Positions 36,851-48,169 of a stretch of DNA of 64,000 bases are shown here, piece after piece. Position 1 is the first letter of the stretch, and each line of letters starts with the position of its first letter. Below the pieces are notes generated by a model that saw only the letters and a program-made list of their open reading frames with translations, was not told the DNA's origin and made no database searches. Position numbers and translations under genes: made by a program. The DNA comes from Felis catus. Its lineage: Eukaryota. The stretch is from contig NC_058368.1 in NCBI RefSeq assembly GCF_018350175.1, positions 113,772,001 to 113,836,000 on the forward strand. The letters are read 5' to 3'.

Positions 36851-37887
36851 TGATTTGTAGATGATGGTCTTGTTTCCAAACCACCAGACAGGAGGGTAGG
36901 TGCAAGTGGATGGACACAGGGGTTGCTAAAGGAAGAGGGGGAAAGCACCAAGAAACACATCTTCTAACGTCTGGAGTAACAACTTCCACCAAAAATAAAA
37001 ACAAGTTTCTGCAACAAAGAGAAAATGCAGACATAAATTCCCTTTAACCAGCAGCCAAATGTTTTAATATTTATGCCTGCATTTTCCCAGGCAATTTTAA
37101 TTCACATTTGCGCTTTGGCTATAGAAAATAAAAAGGAAGACGGGGTACAGAATGTGCAAAATACTGAAAAATGCCATCACTTAAATGGAATTGAATCCCT
37201 TTCAAAACACTGTGTCCAGTGAAGCTGTTGCCTTGAGAGGCATTTTGTCAGTTCTGTGCACCACTCAAAACCCATGAAAGCTATAAAAACCACCTGCCAT
37301 CTCAATAGACTCCAGATTCGTTTGCTCTGGGGTTGGATTCTAATGTGGCCCCTTTGCAGCGGGAGCAGAGCTGGGGGCGACAGCTGAGAAGCTGCTCAGG
37401 CCTGTGACAGGTGAACTTGTTATATAACATTTCAAAGCCACACACTGTTGTATGAAGAGGCAATTCCATCCAGGGGCTGCCGCATCCCAAACTGAACTTT
37501 GTCAGGCCTGACTGGCGGCAGCGGGGACACACCGATACAGCAAGAATGTACTTTTTCAAGTCCTTCAGAGTTCAAGAGTTCACTATGGCTCTTTCTTCCA
37601 GCAAATTCACTTTATATGGGCTGTGGAGTTGGCCAGCTGGGCATTGGACTGATATGGGGATAAATTTCTCCCCAAAGCAAACTCTCAAATCAGCCCAACT
37701 TCCAGGGGCAGGTGCACATTGTCCCCTCCAGGGAGCCCTCCACCACCTCTCCAAGCCTCCCGATCTTTCCTCCCAATGGCTGGAGTCCTTGGTCAATTTA
37801 ACACTTAATCTGCTTACTTATCCTTTTTACATGTGGACCCTTATGACTGGAAGTTAAACAAACTGGTCCCTCAGGGAGGAACAGGGT

Positions 37888-38091
37888 CTTTTTTTTTTTT
37901 TAATATTTATTTACTTTTGAGAGAGACAATGGGTGAGCAGGTGAGAGGCAGAGAGAGAGGGGGAACAGAGTTTCCGAAGTGGGCTCCGTGCTGACACAGA
38001 GAGCCTGATGCAGGCTTCAAACTTGAGAATTGTGAGATCACGACCTGAGCCAAAGTTGGACACTTAACAGAATGAGCCACCCAGGTGCCCC
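37888..38091 (-). mobile_element. Can-SINE
   Basis: T tail, GA tract and reversed head GAGCCACCCAGGTGCCCC; no clear TSD. Confidence 0.95.
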
Positions 38092-38909
38092 TCCTATTTT
38101 TCTTTGCAAGTACACATGTAGTAGGTGCTTTGCAAGAACAGCAGTAGGTATTCTGGACACAAGACTCGGGCTCTAAGTATAGCAAATAAACAGCAGAAAC
38201 ATGAACCTGGGGACCCATGGGACTGTGGGGACGGCCCAGGGGCTCTGGTGATTCCAAACCATTGGTTCTGCCTGAGTCCTGCCTGGCATACCCACACTCC
38301 CTGGAGGAGAGGCAGTACCCAGAAATGACTGAGACACAGTTCCTACCAGCCTGGCAGGATGGAGGCTCCAATTTACAGAAAATGATACATGTTACACATC
38401 TGAGTTTGTGGGGAGAAATTTTCATTGGCCTCAAATGGAGCTCAAAGAATGACACAGGAAAAAAGAAAGCGTTATCAGCCTAGGTACAGAGGAGGGAGGG
38501 AATGCAAACAGGTGGGAGGAGGTGGCAAAAGGCCCCAGGAGCAGAGAAGGGGATGTGAGTGTGTCCCAGATCTGGGACTAGTAGAATAGGTTTGCTAATG
38601 GCACAATGCTAATAATGATTTCCCTATTGGTCTCAGTAGATACATGGATCCTTGTTGTCAGTCCCCAAGGACAAACTACTAAAGGCCATCTAGAAGCCCC
38701 CGAGGAAGCAGGGCATCTTCTGAACAGAGGTCTAGCCCCAGGGGAAGACACTGGGGTGCAAAAACCATGCTGTGTCACCTTGTAGGTGGCTGTCCCCTAC
38801 AAAAGGCCATTAACCAAGTTTCACAAACCCCCTTCACCAGCAAGAAACAAGCCTGGAACATGGTTGAATGAAGGATGAATAAGTCTATCCATCCGTGAGG
38901 CCCATGTCT

Positions 38910-39320
38910 ACCATTCATTCACTAAAGAAGTACTCAGCACCAGCTCCCATGTTCCACATGCCCTCCAAATGGTCTGGCACAAAAGATATAGCAGGGAACT
39001 AGGAAGACATGGACAGACATGGGACCCACCTTGGAGGAGCTTGCCCTTGAGCTGGGGGAGAAGACTACCAAAAACTGACCCATGAATCATTTCAGGTAGG
39101 GATTGATACTAAAGAGAAGGAAAGCAAGAGGAGAGAATGAAAAAGGGTTGGAAGAAAAATTATCTAGATGGTCGCCTGCAGAAAGGGTGACATTTGAGCA
39201 GAGACATCTGTGGAGACGTGAGGGGGAGTGTTCCCAGCATGGGAAGAGGGGACACAAAAGGCCTAAGGCAGGAGTGAGTGTGGCCAAGTAAAGAGGGGAG
39301 GGCCATGTGGCTGAAGTACA
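38910..39320 (-). mobile_element. LINE-2 3' fragment
   Basis: CATTCATTCACTAA..TACTCAGCACC, GGTGACATTTGAGCAGAGAC, AAAAGGCCTAAGGCAGGA. Confidence 0.7.
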
Positions 39321-40610
39321 AGGGGTGGGGAACTTGGTAGGAGGGGCTACCTGTGCTGCCACTCACTATCCACATGTGCACGTGGGAGCAGATGCCACTC
39401 CTCTCTCTCCCATCCCACCATGCCCTAGCCCTGGAGGGACATATGGGAGGAAGGCTCTCTGGCTGCTCCCACCCTAACCTGAGCCCCTAGCACCACTAAG
39501 AACCAGTAAACTCTGGCCCTAAGAGGAAGCTCACGGAGTGCCCAACCTTCACTGAGATAAAATGGAGTTTTCCAAACCACAATTTTCTGAATATCCCCTT
39601 CGGGCCCAACATTTATGTTTGATACCAGCTCAAAGGAAATTTGCTCTCAAAGCATCTGTTACATCTATCTTGATATTTTTGCGTGTAGAGGAGCCAGAAA
39701 CCCAAACAGTGCCATGGTTTAAAGAAGATTTTGAGGCTTCTCTCTCCCTGCTTGAATTATTGAAGCCATTCTGAGCTCCCCAGATGGAAACATGAGAGGA
39801 AAATGCTACAAAGGTCCTGAATCAGGCCCTTCTGATGGGGTCTGAGGGGACAGTGTGCACCTTGACCAAAGACCCAGGGACCTGCCCCAGAAGGAAAAAG
39901 TAGAAAAGGTGAGGTGAGAAGTCAAAGTTCAGCAGTGTGGCCTGGTGTCCTCCTTACATCTCTCAGCCCCTCTACTCCCCCAGGCAGCTGACTGACTCTT
40001 CCAAGGACCACCACTGCAGGGGCAACCTCAGCTCCTACAGCACACCGCCCATGAGGCAAGTGAGGGCTCACTCAAATGCACTCTCTCCTGAAAATCCTTC
40101 CAAGGCCCCCCACTACCCTAGAGACAAAGTTCAAGTACATTTCACAGTCCCCCCCCCAGCCTCCCTCCATCCAGCTGGACCAGTGTTTCCCAGAAACCTG
40201 TCACCGTGCTCATAACGGGAAATATGTTTTGCAGGAGACCCAGCTTACACACCCACACAGGTTTCTGAAACACAAGTTCCAAGAAACCATGATCCTTAGG
40301 ATGTACTATGAGCTCTGATGTTTTCAATCCCATCTTATTCTATTTGTTTTTAAAGCCGGTCATGACACAGTAAATTGGTTTCATGACCCACCAGCAAATC
40401 ATGAACTACAGTTTGTGCAATATACTAAAACGATTTCTGCAGTCTGTCCAAATTGCCTTCTGCTCCTGTCCCTCTGAGATTTCTTACATGCATTTCTGGC
40501 GAGATTTCCTTTCTCTTCCCTAGTCAACCCTTCTTCTGCGAATTCAGTTGTTTTCAACCTTGGCTGCAGATTAGAATCACACAGCATGCCTTAAAAATAT
40601 AGACTCCAAG

Positions 40611-40877
40611 ATGGCGTCGTCCATACCAGTGAAGGAGGAGAAGCTCATGGATGTGAGGCTAGGACAGCTGTCAAGCTGGATAATGATACAGGATTTCACC
40701 CCTAAAGGCATTCCTGGAGCATTTCAAAGAGGTTACTACCAGTATTACAACAAGTGTGTCTATGTGAAGAAAGGAGGCATCGCTGGGATTTCTATGGTTC
40801 TGGCAGTATATATGCTTTTCAACTACCGCTGTTGTTACAGAGAACTCAGACAGGAGCAGCTATGCAAGCACCACTGA
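40611..40877 (+). pseudogene. ATP5MF: Processed retrocopy of ATP synthase membrane subunit f (ATP5MF/ATP5J2); ORF open, 88 aa
   Basis: Translation has KLMDVRLGQLSSWIMIQDFTPKGIPGAFQRGYYQYYNK..VKKGGIAGISMVLA; intronless; short 5' UTR GACTCCAAG, 3' UTR with AATAAA at 40974-40979; TTAAAAATA repeated at 40591 and 40990. Confidence 0.95.
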
Positions 40878-40997
40878 AGAGGGCCCAGTGTGGAGGCACA
40901 TTCGGCATTCCTGACCGTGAGCTTTGCCTGGCACCCTTGAATCCTTTCATATCCTGATTCAGAATTACCATCCAATAAAAGATGACTGGTTAAAAAT

Positions 40998-41056
40998 ACA
41001 CACACACACACACGCACGCACGCACGTGCGCGTGCACACACACACACACACACACA
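40998..41056. repeat. (CA)n/(CACG)n microsatellite
   Basis: Directly visible at the 3' junction of the retrocopy. Confidence 0.95.
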
Positions 41057-41349
41057 AATACCTGGACACCCTTTCACACCAGTCCCCCCGGATTCTGATT
41101 TAATTAGTCATGTGGAGCCCTACCCACAGTGCTTAGCACACAGAGGTAAGTATTTGCTGTATGAATCTGCAAGGAAGGCCCTATTATTGTCCCATTTTAC
41201 GGCTACAAGTGGAAGAGGTAGGATTAGAACTCAGATCTGCCCAGTTCCAGAGGCAGAGCCTCCTAACCAGTACAGGAACTCCCTGTCATAGCTCAATAGG
41301 CAAGAGACACAACTCACAGGTGTTGCCAGTCCTTAAGGATGAAGATCTA

Positions 41350-41504
41350 GGGGTGCCTGGGTGGCTCAGTTGGTTAAGTATCCAACTCCTGATTTTGGCT
41401 CAGGTCATGATCCCAGGGTCGTGGGATCCAGCCTTGCATCAGACTCCATGCTGGGCTGCTTAAGATTCTCTCTTCTTCTGCTCCTCCCCTGCTCGCATGT
41501 TCTC

Positions 41505-41557
<53 letters not shown>

Positions 41558-41570
41558 AAAAAAAAAAAAA
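41350..41570 (+). mobile_element. Can-SINE with long (CT)n
   Basis: TSD AAGGATGAAGATCTA 41335-41349; the 3' copy at 41571-41589 has a 4-nt duplication. Confidence 0.95.
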
Positions 41571-44249
41571 AAGGATGAATGAAGATCTACAGAAAGCCAT
41601 TAGGTATCATAGCAGGACTGTTTTGCTCCTGGCTCTTTTCTGGCCCTGGGTGCACACAGCATCCCTACAACAGACTTGGTCCCCAGTCTCTCATATTTCC
41701 ACTCTGCTCTCTTACTAAGGGTGTTCCAACCCAGCTCCCATATTCCCTATGCCATCTGGACACTTCCAAAGGGATGTTCTCTCAAATAATATGACTCATT
41801 CCAAACTCTTTCTTTCCCTTCTCTCACCACCAGCCTTACCACCCCATGCTTAATGCTTCTAATTATCTAAGTTCAAGATTTCCCAACCTCAACAGCTTTG
41901 ACCAGTCCCTTCCTCCTGACTCCCCCAAACCATCATGCTGGGCACCCAGTCTCCTGTGTTGCCACTCCCCAGACTCCACCCCATGACCCCACCACTTCAT
42001 CAGCCCACGGCAAGCTTCCTGCCATTCACTGCCTCTTTCCTGTGGCCCATAGCAGCGGTCTCCACACATCTTTCTGTTTCCAGATTCCCCTCACCTATCT
42101 GCCCCCACAAATAGGATGTCTGACCAAACTCCAACTTTGGCCAAGTCTCTTCACTCAGAATCCTCCAGAGAGCCCATACTAGCCCACAGTGGTAGATAAA
42201 ACTCAAATGTCAGAGTCCACTGCTATGAAGCAGTAGGAAGGGGCCTTTCCAGTCACACTTCGCCATGGTTCTGCCACATGTGTCTGCATCCCCAACTAAC
42301 AGGTCTGCTAGGCATGCCATTTCTCAGATATGCCTCCTATTCCCACCCTCACCCAGGCATCAGTATCACCCAAATGCAGGAAGAGGACTCAGGAGGGAAT
42401 AACATGACCAGGAGGACCAGCCCAAAAAGCCAAATGTTCCAGACATTACTCAATTCCCTCCATGTTAAAACCATAGCAACCAATCACAGCTCAGGTTCAT
42501 TTACGAACGAATGGCAGGACCATGGGGTTATGGAAGTCTGGTAATATTAACTGTGAAAAAAGGTGGGGACAGACAAGGTTTCTAACAGGACCGTGGGGGA
42601 GGTGGGTACAGGAAAGGCAGCACAAAATTATGGCAGCGAGGAGGGCTGTCAGCCTAGAAATGATACCAGGTAATGGAGTTTTGATGGGATATAGGGGAAA
42701 GGAATACTGGTCCTTTCCCTTCAAATGAGATACATTTTGATAAAAGGAGGATGCTTTTCCAGGATGTCAGTCTGCTTTAGAGTAGATAAACTTTAGAAAT
42801 CTTCAGGGAAACATTGTTGAGAAATACGTTCCCCTGAGCAGAGCTTTCTTTACACCCAAACTCAGGGAAGGTTGGGACCTTTCACACATAAGGAATCAAT
42901 CCCTAGATGCCCATCCCATGACCAAACCTCTTCAATCAAGTGCTCAAGGGTCCCCAAGTCAAATCCTCCCTACCTTGCACCCTGTCTCTATCTCAGGCCC
43001 GATGCTCCCTTGCCTGGGTTGAGTTGATTAGGGTCCTTACTTTGACATTCCAAATGACTAATTGAGAATAATTACAACTCTTAATTATATTTCAATCATT
43101 ACATACCAACACCACAGCTGCTTTTAAGTTTTATTTTTCATTAAAATAAAGAGCCTGTTTTCAAGAGCCTGTTTAAAAAGGAGGGGAAAAAACTACTGAA
43201 TAATCATTTATAATTTGAAAGTAAATAAGAACAAATTATGATCATGTTTGTGAAACAAAATGCTCTATCCAATCCAGTTAGCTATTAACCTAGAAGTCTC
43301 TTCAAGTCACCTGGAGCTTCAGATTCATGTACCAAGCTCAGTGATCCTGACTCAAAGATTCCAGGGTTGGTTTCCAGTAAGTATAGACCTAAAGTTATTG
43401 GGTGTTGAAAAACCCAAAACCTATGGAGCTTCCCAGAAAAGATGGCAACAAAAAGTGTGGTCAGGCCCAAAGGATGGAAATTCCAAAGTAGAAAATTCCT
43501 ATAGAGCATAATAATTGCACTGATACAGCATTTGCCATCTTAGAATTTACATTCAGATGCATTTGTGCATAGCTCCAAGACTCCTCTTCTTTGTGGTTCT
43601 TAACCTTTGGAAGACATAGCATTGAAAACTCTTCCCCAGAAAAATACACATACACAGAACATACACAAGATTTTGTATACAATTTTAAGAGAATCACAAA
43701 TTCATAAGCCTATCCATGATTTCCTTAAGATTTATCATTTCCAAGATACCTGATGTTCATTTGTTTGTTTTTAGTATGTGGCAAAAGCATGGAGGCACAT
43801 GAAAGTTATAATCATTATGAAATTTTTAGGCATGATTATTTGCAATTATTTCTACAAAACACTGAGTGCCTACTATGTTCCAGGCACTGGACTAGTTGCC
43901 AGAAGAGAGCAAGGGTGTGGTGATGAATCAAACAGGACCCCTTAAGGAACTCAGTGGAAGAGGCAAGGAGAGGATGGGTGCTAAACTGAGGAGGAAAAAG
44001 GAGCTATTAAGTGCTGGAAGAATTTTATTCCTGTGATACTGCCAAGCTTTGACCTTGCTGCCCTATGAAAGCTTCAGGTGGGGTCAGAGGGCAGGGAAGT
44101 GACTTAGCACAGAACATGCAACAATGGCATTAATATGAAGACCTGAGACCCAGACTAGGAATATCCGTCCCCTTAAAGCAAGCCCTTGACCCAGTGGCCA
44201 TGGAATGTGACCAGTTCATTCATTAATTACCAGGGATATGCTGTTTTCT

Positions 44250-44474
44250 TTTTTTTTTTTAATTTTTTTTTAACTTCTTTTTACTTTTGAGACAGAGAGA
44301 AACAGAGAATGAACGGGGGGAGAGTCAGAGAGAGAGGGAGACACAGAATCTGAAACAGGCTCCAGGCTCTGAGCTGTCAGCACAGAGACCGACGCGGGCT
44401 CGAACTCACGGACTCCAAGATCATGACCTAAGCTGAAGTCGGACGCTTAACCGACTGAGCCACCCAGGCACCCC
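44250..44474 (-). mobile_element. Can-SINE
   Basis: TSD GGATATGCTGTTTTCT 44234-44249 / GGATATACTGTTTTCT 44476-44491. Confidence 0.97.
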
Positions 44475-44565
44475 TGGATATACTGTTTTCTAAGGATCCT
44501 ACACAAGCAGTCCAGGAATAGAAACTCACCACAGCAGAATCATGTGCTCTAAGAAAGCCAATAGC

Positions 44566-44791
44566 GGGGCGCCTGGGTGGCGCAGTCGGTTAAACGTCCG
44601 ACTTCAGCCAGGTCACGATCTCCTGGTCCGTGAGTTCGAGCCCCGCGTCAGGCTCTGGGCTGACGGCTCAGAGCCTGGAGCCTGTTTCCGATTCTGTGTC
44701 TCCCTCTCTCTCTGCCCCTCCCCCGTTCATGCTCTGTCTCTCTCTGTCCCAAAAATAAATAAATGTTGAAAAAAAAATTAAAAAAAAAAAA
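44566..44791 (+). mobile_element. Can-SINE, young felid subfamily
   Basis: CpG-rich near-consensus copy; TSD AAGAAAGCCAATAGC 44551-44565 / AAGAAAGGCAATAGC 44792-44806. Confidence 0.97.
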
Positions 44792-45047
44792 AAGAAAGGC
44801 AATAGCTAAGCAGAGAGGATATAGCAAAGTCCATTGATGGCTTATTGGGACAACTTCTCCTGTGTATCATAACAGCCTCTGTAATTTCCAAATTTTTTTT
44901 TTTTGCCAAGTAAACATTTGTTTGACCACCATCTAATATCATAATCATTTCGTAAAAGAAAAAAAATTTCACTAGTATTTAATAAGAATAAAGGATAATC
45001 TATACCAAGAAAAAAGAGTTGGAACTTCACACCATGCGTATACTCAC

Positions 45048-45048
<1 letters not shown>

Positions 45049-45079
<31 letters not shown>
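45049..45079. repeat. (CA)n microsatellite
   Basis: Directly visible. Confidence 0.95.
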
Positions 45080-45082
<3 letters not shown>

Positions 45083-45884
45083 AATGTCTTTACTTTTCCA
45101 ATTTTTCTAGACTAGTTAAATTTTTTCACAACTTAGCACCAGTTCACAGAAGAGTATTTGGAAACCACCAAAAGAAGGTTTGAAAAAAAAAGCAAGGGCA
45201 AAGTATTTAAGGAGCAGTGAGCCCTGCCAGGGATGGAGAAAGAAGGTCTCACAGTATGGGAACCATCCAGGCTGGGTGCTGAAGGATGAAAACAGTTTCA
45301 GCTAAGGGGTTGATGGAATCACACAGACATACTGGAAGTGAAGGCAGGTGATGAGAAAGAAGCACAATGTCAACCTCATTTCTGAACCCCTGAATCTGTC
45401 AACAGTCCTCAAGGTCCATGTCTGTGACTTTTGTACCTTATACATTGTCACTCCTAAACTGTTCTTGTACTCCCAATTTGGACTGTCCTAACTGATGGAC
45501 AAACACTTCAAGCTATTACTGGATGGCCTTGGTCCCCAAACAACAGTTGTGTTTTGTAAACTTTCCTACATTTGTATGTGGGTCCTTATTTTCACAAATA
45601 CTTGAATATTAGATCATAGGGGGGAAACCAAAAGCCTATTGCTAGAGAAAAAACTCCAAATACATTTTGCATAATTTAGAAAAAGATGAGAATTATTAGT
45701 GAGCCAAATGCAGTACTTCTTTATATCCAACAGTACACACTGGATATAAGCCAACAACTATGTGTTTAATTTTGAAAAATAAGAAAAACACAAACATATA
45801 AGACTTTCATTTAAGTGTGATCGAATGACCACAAACATTTACATTTGTTTTCTCCCTTTCAAAACCCACTAAAATAATAGTGTT

Positions 45885-45933
45885 TTATTTCTTTTTATTT
45901 ATTTCAAGAGAGAGAGCACACAAGCAGGGGAGG

Positions 45934-45995
<62 letters not shown>

Positions 45996-46112
45996 CCCAC
46001 TGCACTGTCAGTGCGGAGCCCAGTGTGGGGCTTGATCTCACAAATTGTGAGATTATGACCTGAGCTGAAATCAAGAGTTGGACACTTAACTGACTGAGCC
46101 ACCCAGGTGCTC
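45885..46112 (-). mobile_element. Can-SINE with long (GA)n
   Basis: Reverse head GAGCCACCCAGGTGCTCC; flanks AATAGTGTT / AATTGTGTT. Confidence 0.94.
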
Positions 46113-47053
46113 CAATTGTGTTCTTTTTAAAATATAAATTTCCAAAGGATAGAAGTATAACAAAGGAATAACCAATGAAATGAAAATTTTCCACAAATTT
46201 TGGGAAGATATAAAATGGAGGATTGGGAAACTTGCTCAACAGGGTCATAAAGCTACCACCAATGTGCCCACAAAATGGAGATATCTATGATACATAAATT
46301 ACTCCCTTTCTCTTTCATTCCAACACAGAATCCCAGAAAGGCTTCAGCACTCAAGGTTCTAAATACCACAAAAAGCAGAAAGAGGAGAGCATGAAGGCAC
46401 AAAGCTGAAAACATGACGTTTTATTGAAAGTCAGAATACAAAAGTACTGTGCTCCAAGATCCCCTGAACAACACCAAAGATCCAGTTGACAAACTCCACC
46501 TACCCTATCCCCAAGGAAATCAAAGGTTTATTTTCTGGAGAAGTTAATATAGATAGGCTCTAGAGTCAGGAACATCACACATATTAGAGATAAAGGTGGG
46601 TTAACTTAAAGGCTACAGTCCCCATTCCTCCACCCCATTCCCAGAAAGCTGGAAACAAGGCACTCTCCTCCCAGGCTGGACACTAGAGAATTCCTATGCA
46701 GAGAAAAGTTGGCCAGATACTTACATTTGCCTGGTATCACTACAGAATGCAGTGATATGTTCTATTTGAGCAATCACACTCACACATACACATGCTAAAC
46801 AGCTTTTTAGAATCCTACTGTCAAATATTAACAGTCAACCAAGGATCATTTAACATCTTAGGAATTCCTGATATGAAGACAAAATAAAACAAGCAGAAAA
46901 AGGAAAGAACCAGGAAAGCTGAGCTAATAAAGAGAAATTAATGTCAAATTTTTAATAAAAAGGTACTGCATCTAAGAAAAAAATAGGAGCCTATCTTTTT
47001 TAAGGTAACTCAGTTCAAGAAAGAACTTTACAGTTAAAAATAAGATACATCAA

Positions 47054-47256
47054 GGGGTTCCTGGGTTGCTCAGTCAGTTAACATGTGACTCTTGATTTCA
47101 ACTCAGGTCATAATCTTACAGTCCATGAAATAGAGCCCCACCTCAGGCTCTAAAATGACAGTGTGGAGTCTGATTGGGATTCTCTCCCCCTCTCTCTGCC
47201 CCTCCCCAACTTGCTCTCTCTCAGTCTCAAAATAAATAAATAAACATTTAAAAAAA
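47054..47256 (+). mobile_element. Can-SINE (older)
   Basis: Head, CT tract and tail; TAAGATA on both flanks. Confidence 0.93.
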
Positions 47257-47270
47257 AGTAAGATAGCTCA

Positions 47271-47420
47271 TGATGGGTGATGGGTACTAAAAAGGGCACT
47301 TGTGATGAGCACTGGGTGTTGTATGTAAGTGATGAATTACTGAGTTATACTCCTGAAACCAATATTGCACTGTATGTTAACTAACCAAAATTTAAATTCA
47401 ACAAAAAGGAAAAAAAGAAA
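47271..47420 (+). mobile_element. Carnivore L1 extreme 3' end
   Basis: GGGCACTTGTGATGAGCACTGGGTGTTGTATGTAAGTGATGAAT...CCTGAAACCAATATTGCACTGTATGTTAACTAAC followed by an A-rich tail. Confidence 0.9.
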
Positions 47421-47990
47421 TGTGTATGAAAAAATAAATATTTGTTTCAAATATTAAATAAAAATAAATAAAAATGAAATAGTAGCAAAGCCTCCCCCTC
47501 CAAATAAGATAACCCAAATTTAAAAAACAATGGAAGATGTGAAAGGCAAAGAGTTTACCCAAAATTTGAGTTTTCACCTAGTTTCTTCTTTCCTAAAAAC
47601 AGAGACCAAGGAAACAATACATTGAATATGGGATGCAGAAGATAATGGAGTAATGCTTTCAAGTGAGTTTTTAACCTGAGATTTTATAAGCAGTGAAAAT
47701 ATCATCCATATGAGAATAATCAGATTCATTTTCAGACTTGAACTCAAAACTTAAGCAGGGAATCTGAAGCAGAAAACCTGTAGTATTCCTTGGTAATGTT
47801 GTACCACAGGTCTAGAGAACAATCAGTCTAAATCAGAAGAAAAATGGAAGCTTAGAGGAAGGAGCACTCTAGGAGGAAAACAACACAAAATTGATGAAAT
47901 AGTTATGTGTGTATTTAGAAAGAAATTTTTATAGAACTGTGAAGACTGCTAATGAAAAAGAAATTAAGGTTATGTAAAAAAGAAAACTTT

Positions 47991-48029
47991 GGGGGCATCT
48001 GGGTGGCTCAGTCCATTGAGCATCCAACT

Positions 48030-48032
<3 letters not shown>
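47991..48032 (+). mobile_element. Can-SINE 5' part (split by L1)
   Basis: GGGGGCATCTGGGTGGCTCAGTCCATTGAGCATCCAACTCTT; continues at 50034. Confidence 0.9.
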
Positions 48033-48094
<62 letters not shown>

Positions 48095-48114
48095 TATATA
48101 TGTGTATATATATA

Positions 48115-48161
<47 letters not shown>
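48033..48161. repeat. (TA)n-(CA)n-(TG)n-(TA)n microsatellite replacing the L1 poly(A) tail
   Basis: Directly visible next to the L1 3' end. Confidence 0.95.

Positions 48162-48169
<8 letters not shown>

Larger units (their letters stand above)
40546..41120. mobile_element. MER5A-like MITE split by the ATP5MF retrocopy
   Basis: CAGTTGTTTTCAACCTTGGCTGCAGATTAGAATCAC before the insertion and GATTCTGATTTAATTAGTC after it. Confidence 0.75.

Noticed and set aside
37907..38455. 182-aa minus-strand ORF
   Set aside because: Its last third is SINE-derived, and the rest resembles no protein I recognise.
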